Shown here in pieces: positions 57,655 to 64,000 of a stretch of 64,000 bases of DNA. Every line of letters starts with the position of its first letter. Within the stretch, counting starts at the first letter, position 1. The notes beneath the pieces are model-generated. The model was not told where the DNA came from and searched no databases. It saw only the letters and a list, made by a program, of their open reading frames with translations. The position numbers and the translations under genes were made by a program. The stretch is from a virus. Location of the stretch: positions 32,001 through 96,000 of the IMG/VR virus record IMGVR_UViG_3300042397_001782, one strand, 5' to 3'.

Positions 57655-58650
57655 ATGTGTGTAGACTGTAACCCTTTAGAAAGCAATACTGGATTAATTC
57701 AATATTCAGGACCAGATTTAGTTATTTGTAATGGGAATACCATTACTAATGGAGAATTACTTACATCTGTAATTGCTAAGTTTGATAATTGTATTGGAGT
57801 AATCCAAAGTCAATTAGATATGTCAAGTTTAGTAGAAAATAGTCCTTGTATTAATTTAACTAAAACTTCTTTATTAACAGTACTACAAAGTATTTTAGAC
57901 ACTGAGTCTGCTTATTGTACTCAGTTGCAAACATTAAATACTCAATTAACTGCTTTACAAATTCAAGTAGATAATTTAAATTTAACAAAGCCTGTTACTG
58001 TAACTGCTTGTGACCCCACTAGAGTTACTTTAACTGAAACCCCTAGTTCAAAGACTTTTAACGTAAGTGGATTAGTTCCACCAAAAACTATTCTTCCTTA
58101 TTTTGGATTACTTACAGATTTTTCTCCATCAGGTTTAGGGCTACCTAATACGCCAATGGCGGGATGGGCAATTGCAAATGGAAATAATGGCACTATAAAT
58201 GCTTTAAACCGATTTATAAAGTATGGTCCTAGTGCAATTACAACCCCAAGCGGTAGTAATACAGTTCTATTAGATGATACCAATATTCCTCCAGTATCTT
58301 TTACTACCAATGCTAATTTTACTGTAACAGGTACTACTAATGAGTCAGGAAAACATACTCATAGGATTAGACATGCTTTTAATGAAGGACCTTTAACAAA
58401 TTGTCCTGATTGGTTTGAAAATTCTGGTGAAGACCCTTGTTGTGCAAATGGTTCAGGAGTAGATCCTGGAACTGATTGTGGGGGGTCCCAATATGGAACA
58501 ATTGGATATTCAGGATTACATTCTCATACATTTACAGGAAGTGCTACAGGGTCATTTACAGGAAGTACTATAAATTCTAGTGTTCAATCTATAAGTGTTC
58601 AACCTGTTCATATACAAGCTATTCCTATTCAATGGGTTGGACAATGCTAA
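57655..58650 (+). CDS. Tail fibre/collar-domain protein
   Basis: GWAIANGNNGT..L.RF collar motif; H.H motifs (KHTH, HSH). Confidence 0.7.
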   Translation: MCVDCNPLESNTGLIQYSGPDLVICNGNTITNGELLTSVIAKFDNCIGVIQSQLDMSSLVENSPCINLTKTSLLTVLQSILDTESAYCTQLQTLNTQLTALQIQVDNLNLTKPVTVTACDPTRVTLTETPSSKTFNVSGLVPPKTILPYFGLLTDFSPSGLGLPNTPMAGWAIANGNNGTINALNRFIKYGPSAITTPSGSNTVLLDDTNIPPVSFTTNANFTVTGTTNESGKHTHRIRHAFNEGPLTNCPDWFENSGEDPCCANGSGVDPGTDCGGSQYGTIGYSGLHSHTFTGSATGSFTGSTINSSVQSISVQPVHIQAIPIQWVGQC

Positions 58651-58663
58651 TAATAAATAAATA

Positions 58664-59905
58664 ATGACTAAGCAAAAAATTATAGACCTTTTTGGGTATA
58701 AAGCAGGAAGAAAGTTATATAACTTACTATATAGTAGTTGTGCTAATTTTTGTTGCATGGTAAAAGACTGTCTTGGAATTAGTTCTTTAGGAAGTCCAAC
58801 ATTGTATTTAAATCAACAAGGAGAATGGAGTGCTTCAACAGGACCTCAAGGACCCCAGGGTCCGCAGGGACCACAAGGTATCCAAGGTATTCAAGGGATT
58901 CAAGGTCCAGTAGGTGCAGCATTAACAGTATTAGGTTCTTATCCTGATCTTGCTTCATTTTTAGCAGGACCTGGAGGAAGTCCAGGAAACCCTGGAGAAG
59001 CTTGGATTATAGAATCTGATGGTTCTTTATATGTATGGCATACAATAACTAATACTTGGGATGATGTAGGAGATTTGCAAGGACCTCAAGGTTTACAAGG
59101 TGTTCAAGGGATTCAGGGTATTCAAGGAATACAGGGTTTACAGGGAATACAGGGTGTGCAAGGTCCTCAAGGACTTTCAGGATTTGAATGGGACCCAACA
59201 AGAATAAGTCCAAATCAATATTTAATAGGAGATATTGTAAACTATCTTGGCAATTATTATATTTGTATAGCTAACAATGATGCATTAATTCCTCCTTCTT
59301 CTTTAGGGGTTTATTGGAACACATATTCATTTGTTGGTCCTCAAGGACCTCAAGGTATTCAAGGGATACAAGGTGTCCCAGGACCTGTAGGTATGCCAGG
59401 ATTATTTGCTCAAACTGGTAATAGTACAATAATTTCAGGAACAACAGTAGAAAGTTCTTTAATTAACGGAGGTGTGGGTACTTTAAGTGTACCTGCAAAT
59501 GGATTTCAAGTTGGCGATAGTTTTAGAGCAGTATTTGGAGGGGTTATGAATGCTGCTAATAACCAAACTATAAGAATAAGAGTAAAAACAAATGGAACTA
59601 TACTATTAGATAGTGGTGTACAGGCTTTGACAAACTCAATTATAAATGATATTTGGAGTTTAAATATTGATTTTACCATTAGACAAATAGGCGGTGCAAC
59701 TGTAGCATCTATAGTTTCACTTGGCTCATTTCATTATATTAAAACTTCTAATGCATCAACTCAAGGCTTTGCATTTAACGTGGTCAATAATACTACATTT
59801 AACACTACAATAAACAATACATTAGATGTAACTGTACAATGGGGTTCCAATAATGCAGGTAATAATATTTATAGTGATATATTTATATTAAATAAAACAT
59901 ATTAA
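58664..59905 (+). CDS. Collagen-like fibre protein with a CBM5/12-like module
   Basis: (GPQ/GIQ)n tracts; [16 protein letters not shown]...YW. Confidence 0.75.
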   Translation: MTKQKIIDLFGYKAGRKLYNLLYSSCANFCCMVKDCLGISSLGSPTLYLNQQGEWSASTGPQGPQGPQGPQGIQGIQGIQGPVGAALTVLGSYPDLASFLAGPGGSPGNPGEAWIIESDGSLYVWHTITNTWDDVGDLQGPQGLQGVQGIQGIQGIQGLQGIQGVQGPQGLSGFEWDPTRISPNQYLIGDIVNYLGNYYICIANNDALIPPSSLGVYWNTYSFVGPQGPQGIQGIQGVPGPVGMPGLFAQTGNSTIISGTTVESSLINGGVGTLSVPANGFQVGDSFRAVFGGVMNAANNQTIRIRVKTNGTILLDSGVQALTNSIINDIWSLNIDFTIRQIGGATVASIVSLGSFHYIKTSNASTQGFAFNVVNNTTFNTTINNTLDVTVQWGSNNAGNNIYSDIFILNKTY

Positions 59906-59918
59906 AAAAGTTAAATAA

Positions 59919-60815
59919 ATGAGCAGATTAAGTAGAGCAGATATTTTAACAATGTTTGGGTACAAAGCAGGTACCAAACTATACAATTTATTATACAGCA
60001 GTTGTGCTAACTTTTGTTGTATAATTAAAAATTGTTTAGGTATTTCTAGTGGAGGTAATGCAGGTTTAGTTTTAAATCAACGGGGAGATTGGGTTACTGC
60101 AGGTGGTGGAGGTAGTCAAAACTTATCAAGTGTTTTAGTAGTAGGCAATACATCTGGAGCTAATGATATAGTTTTTGACGCTACTCAAGGATTATATTTT
60201 GCGAATAGCTCACGATTAAGAGAGGGAACTATAGATGCATCACTTGGAGGTGCAAAAGGTATAGCTCAAATTTGTGCGGTTGGCTATGAATTAAAGTGGG
60301 AAGCTGGGAGACTTTATGTAATGGATGGTAATGGTACTGGAATTAGACAATCACTATATAATTTCATAACTGCTCCAACAGTAAATGATGATGTTACAAA
60401 AGGATATGGAATAGGGTCTTTATGGACACTAGATGATAATACTACTTATGTATGTTCTGATGCAAGTACAGGAGCTGCGGTGTGGGCTAGATTTGTATCT
60501 ACTCCTAGTGTTCAGTTTTTTGTAAGTTCTGCAACAGTAACGCCTGTATTCGGAAATGACTTAGTAGTTATAACAGCTCAGGCTGCAGGATTAACACTAG
60601 CAAATCCTACAGGAACATGGGTACAAGGTAAAGACTTAGTAATAAGAATAAAAGACAATGGAACTCCAAGGTCAATAGCATACGATACAAAATATAGAGC
60701 TATAGGAGTAACTTTGCCAATTACAACGGTTGCAAATAAAACTACTTATTTAGGTATTGTTTACAACTCAACAGATGATACATTTGATATAATTGGAGTA
60801 ACTACACAAGCATAA
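59919..60815 (+). CDS. Fibre protein sharing its N-terminal domain with 58664
   Basis: [28 protein letters not shown] shared. Confidence 0.7.
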   Translation: MSRLSRADILTMFGYKAGTKLYNLLYSSCANFCCIIKNCLGISSGGNAGLVLNQRGDWVTAGGGGSQNLSSVLVVGNTSGANDIVFDATQGLYFANSSRLREGTIDASLGGAKGIAQICAVGYELKWEAGRLYVMDGNGTGIRQSLYNFITAPTVNDDVTKGYGIGSLWTLDDNTTYVCSDASTGAAVWARFVSTPSVQFFVSSATVTPVFGNDLVVITAQAAGLTLANPTGTWVQGKDLVIRIKDNGTPRSIAYDTKYRAIGVTLPITTVANKTTYLGIVYNSTDDTFDIIGVTTQA

Positions 60816-60816
60816 T

Positions 60817-61617
60817 ATGAGCTATCGAACTATAATATCTTTAATGCCAAAACCTTTTTCTATTGATCCAGATGCTCAAGCTTTTTTAACGGCTGCTAGT
60901 ATAACAAATGCTACTATTTCAGGAGCTATTAATACTTTAGTAGTTCAAATGAAAACTGATAATATATGGTCTAAAATGAAAGCTATATATCCTATGGTAG
61001 GAGGTACGGCATCTACTCACAAGTTCAATTTAAAAGACCCACGAGATTTAGATGCAGCGTTTAGATTGCAATTTAATGGAGGATGGACACATTCAGCTAA
61101 TGGTGCTTTGCCAAATGGAGTAAATGCTTTTGCTAATACATATTATAATCCACGAAATAGTGGTCAATTAAATTCCGCACATTTATCATATTATTCTAGA
61201 ACAAATTTGGGTACATCAGGACTTCAAGTTGAAATTGGGGCTTTTGATGGCAACTCTCAATGGTTATTATATACTTACGCTAATAGTAGCACTCAAGGAA
61301 TTAATGGTAGTTTTGTTAATATACCTTATGGTGCTATAATACCAACAAATGGGTTTTTATTAGGTCAAAGATTAAACAACACTACAATTAATTATTTTCA
61401 CAAAGGAGTTAAAATACAAACTTTGACCAATAATTCAACTAACACCCCAAATAGTTCAATTTACTTAGCAGCCAGAAATGATGGAACACCCGTTTTAGTT
61501 TCCTCAAAAGAATGTGCATTTGCATCATTAGGTGATGGATTAACCGACACAGAAGCTGCTAATATGTATACAGCTTTGCAAACCTTCCAAACCACTTTAA
61601 ATAGGCAAATAGTTTAA
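60817..61617 (+). CDS. Putative receptor-binding/lectin-like protein
   Basis: DPDAQAFL.AA...KAIYP.VGG.A..HKFNLKDP...FQT.L.R. Confidence 0.55.
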   Translation: MSYRTIISLMPKPFSIDPDAQAFLTAASITNATISGAINTLVVQMKTDNIWSKMKAIYPMVGGTASTHKFNLKDPRDLDAAFRLQFNGGWTHSANGALPNGVNAFANTYYNPRNSGQLNSAHLSYYSRTNLGTSGLQVEIGAFDGNSQWLLYTYANSSTQGINGSFVNIPYGAIIPTNGFLLGQRLNNTTINYFHKGVKIQTLTNNSTNTPNSSIYLAARNDGTPVLVSSKECAFASLGDGLTDTEAANMYTALQTFQTTLNRQIV

Positions 61618-61628
61618 AAATAAATAAC

Positions 61629-61844
61629 ATGATATTAGTAGGGCTTTTAACAGAAACACAAAAAGAACAATTAGTAGGACAGTGGTATGAAACAGACAGT
61701 TTTTTTAACCCAATACAAGACATTAATGATAATTGGGTTATATCTATTGAGGAGATGCATGATTGCGTAAACCCTGACTTTATGTGGGTAAAAGACTTAG
61801 AGCAGATAGAATACCAACCGAAACCAATTGAGCCTCCTTTTTAA
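61629..61844 (+). CDS. Small conserved protein after the fibre gene
   Basis: FNPIQDINDNWVISIEE. Confidence 0.65.
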   Translation: MILVGLLTETQKEQLVGQWYETDSFFNPIQDINDNWVISIEEMHDCVNPDFMWVKDLEQIEYQPKPIEPPF

Positions 61845-61885
61845 TTATTAATTAATAAAATTATATAATTTAAATATAAAAAATA

Positions 61886-62314
61886 ATGGGAAAATATTTT
61901 AATGCTTTTATAATGTCCATAATAACTTTTTTTTCTCCTATAGTAGGATTATTATTAGCTGTCGGAGCTATGATTATTTTAGACACTGTATTAGGAATTA
62001 CAAAGGCTATTAAAAATGAAGGATGGGAATCTGTTACTTCAAGAAAAGCAAGTGTTATTATAAGTAAATTTTTACTTTACCAATTAACAGTAATAACATT
62101 TTTTATAATAGACTATAACTTAATAAATGAGTTTACAAAAGTACATTATCAAAACAATTATTTATTAACTAAATTTATAACACTCTCTTTATGTTTTGTT
62201 GAAGCAAAAAGTATAGATGAAAATATTAAATCTATATTTGGATTTTCTATTTGGACAACCCTAAAAGAAGTTTTAATGAGAACACAAGAAATAAAAAAAA
62301 CTATAAAAAAATAA
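61886..62314 (+). CDS. Holin
   Basis: Several TMs; ILDTVLGI, TSRK, EAKSIDEN; precedes an endolysin. Confidence 0.75.
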   Translation: MGKYFNAFIMSIITFFSPIVGLLLAVGAMIILDTVLGITKAIKNEGWESVTSRKASVIISKFLLYQLTVITFFIIDYNLINEFTKVHYQNNYLLTKFITLSLCFVEAKSIDENIKSIFGFSIWTTLKEVLMRTQEIKKTIKK

Positions 62315-62318
62315 AATT

Positions 62319-62786
62319 ATGAAATTATCAAAACATTTAGATCTAGCGGAAGTTACAAGATCAGAAACTGCAAAAAGAAATGGAGTTAGCAACATACCTA
62401 CTCCTGAGCATATTGAAAACTTTAAATTATTGGCTGAAAAAATATTCGAGCCTATTAGAGAGCATTTTAATGTTCCTATTTTTATATCTAGTGGATATAG
62501 AAGCAAAGCTTTAAACCAAGCTATTGGTGGGAGTTTAACCTCACAACATTGCCAAGGTGAAGCAATTGATATTGATATGGATGGTAGCTCAAGCGGAGTT
62601 ACTAATGCTCAAGTATTCCAATTCATTAAAGACAACTTGAATTTTGACCAAATGATTTGGGAATTTGGAACAGATAAAAATCCTGATTGGGTTCATGTTT
62701 CTTATGAATCAACTGGTAAACAAAGAAAACAAATACTTAAAGCCATAAAAGTTAACGGTAAAACAAGTTATGTTCCTTATAAATAA
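62319..62786 (+). CDS. Peptidase M15 endolysin
   Basis: SSGYRS..LN.AIGGS.TSQH..GEAID...WVHVS. Confidence 0.9.
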   Translation: MKLSKHLDLAEVTRSETAKRNGVSNIPTPEHIENFKLLAEKIFEPIREHFNVPIFISSGYRSKALNQAIGGSLTSQHCQGEAIDIDMDGSSSGVTNAQVFQFIKDNLNFDQMIWEFGTDKNPDWVHVSYESTGKQRKQILKAIKVNGKTSYVPYK

Positions 62787-62818
62787 ATTAAAACTACAAA
62801 AACTTAAAAAATAAAACT

Positions 62819-63079
62819 ATGAAATTTTTTAGAGAAATGTTTAGCGATGATAATTCAATTAATGAGAAATCTGTTATTGGATTCCTGGCATTTATTATGA
62901 TGTCCTTATTCGCAATTGTAGATATTGTTACAGGATATTTAGGAAAAGAGCTTGTTGTAAATGAATTTATATTCAATGCTTTTGAAGTGCTAGTGTTAGG
63001 TTCATTTGGTATTGCAGCTACAGAAAAAATTACAAGCATTATAAAATCTAATAAAAACGAAGAAAATGAGTCTGAGTAA
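62819..63079 (+). CDS. Small two-TM holin-like protein
   Basis: Two TMs; overlaps the GH19 start. Confidence 0.55.
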   Translation: MKFFREMFSDDNSINEKSVIGFLAFIMMSLFAIVDIVTGYLGKELVVNEFIFNAFEVLVLGSFGIAATEKITSIIKSNKNEENESE

Positions 63080-63677
63080 ATTACAAGAAAAAATTGGGGT
63101 AACTGCTGATGGAGCGTTTGGCCCTGGAACAATGAAAGCTGCTATGGCTTTTTATGGGTTTACACCTGAGAGAGCTGCACACTTTTTTGCACAAACAGCA
63201 CATGAGTCTGGAAACTTTAAAGCGTTCTCTGAAAACTTAAACTATTCTGCTGACGGATTGGTAAAAATCTTTGGCAAATACTTTACAGCGGCCACTGCCC
63301 CTAAGTATGCTAGAAACCCTGAAAAAATTGCTAACAAAGTTTATTCTTCTAGAATGGGCAATGGTGACGAAGCTTCAGGAGATGGCTGGAAATTTAGAGG
63401 AAGAGGGGCTCTTCAATTAACTGGTAAATCAAACTATCAAGCATTTTCAGATTATTTGAATAACCCTGATATTATGACTAATCCTGACTTAGTTGCAGGT
63501 GAGCTTTCTTTTGAGTCTGCTAAATTCTTTTTTGATAAAAACAAACTTTGGGATATATGTGATAAAGGTGTAACCAAAGAAACTATTTTAGCCCTTACTA
63601 AAAGAATAAATGGGGGTACCCATGGTTTGGCTGATAGAGAAGAAAAAACCTTTAAATATTATACATACGTTAAATAA
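63066..63677 (+). CDS. GH19 (chitinase-like) endolysin with a short PG-binding segment
   Basis: ADGAFGPGT; AQTAHESG, ENLNYS, FRGRGALQLTG, TKRINGG. Confidence 0.9.
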   Translation: MSLSKLQEKIGVTADGAFGPGTMKAAMAFYGFTPERAAHFFAQTAHESGNFKAFSENLNYSADGLVKIFGKYFTAATAPKYARNPEKIANKVYSSRMGNGDEASGDGWKFRGRGALQLTGKSNYQAFSDYLNNPDIMTNPDLVAGELSFESAKFFFDKNKLWDICDKGVTKETILALTKRINGGTHGLADREEKTFKYYTYVK

Positions 63678-64000
63678 TGAAATATTTATTTATAATTCTT
63701 ATTGTTTTACTAGCAGTATATATGTGGCTATCACATGATAAGTTTGTTCAAAACGAAGCTATTATACAAAGACTAGAAGACAGTTTGTCTAGAAAAGTAG
63801 ACACCTTGATAGTAGAAAGAGATGTGGTAAAAGACCATTACATTAAATCTAAAGAGATTGTATATAAGATAGACGAAAGATACATTGCAGGCAAAGATTC
63901 TGTTTGTGATAGCTTAGTAGTAGCCCTAAAAACATCTCTTACAAACTGTGATAAAGTAATAGTTAAATCAGATACTTTAATCAAAACCCTTCTTGTGAGA
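63677..64000 (+). CDS. Spanin-like membrane-anchored protein; runs off the window edge
   Basis: Manual translation MKYLFIILIVLLAVYMWLSH... followed by a helical region; directly after the endolysin. Confidence 0.5.
   Translation, partial: MKYLFIILIVLLAVYMWLSHDKFVQNEAIIQRLEDSLSRKVDTLIVERDVVKDHYIKSKEIVYKIDERYIAGKDSVCDSLVVALKTSLTNCDKVIVKSDTLIKTLLVR

Noticed and set aside
1-64000. Stop-codon reassignment as in some crAss-like phages
   Set aside because: Long genes are intact and densely packed under the standard code.

Overview
This AT-rich window is part of a dsDNA tailed phage genome of a Bacteroidetes host. The terminase-portal-scaffold-capsid block is crAss-like, and Bacteroidetes TAnnTTTG promoters lie on both arms. 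Two divergent arms meet at a ~1.2 kb non-coding switch (26.9-28.1 kb). The left arm (minus strand) carries small early genes, a helicase, two C5 DNA methyltransferases, exonuclease, PolA, DnaB, AAA ATPase, SSB, primase, dUTPase, and an outer-membrane module (CsgG-like protein, cohesin/dockerin/T9SS protein, beta-barrel-like protein). The right arm (plus strand) carries a RepL-like gene, ClpP-like and SET-domain genes, TerL, portal, major capsid protein, a degenerate tRNA-Met, Cys-rich modular tail/LRR proteins, PhoH and a double lysis cassette. The main unexplained structure is an array of three integron-like cassettes (13945-16199). They are bounded by attC-like hairpins, their genes start inside the hairpin loops, two carry methyltransferases, and no integrase is present in the window. 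All calls come from reading motifs by eye; no database searches were run.
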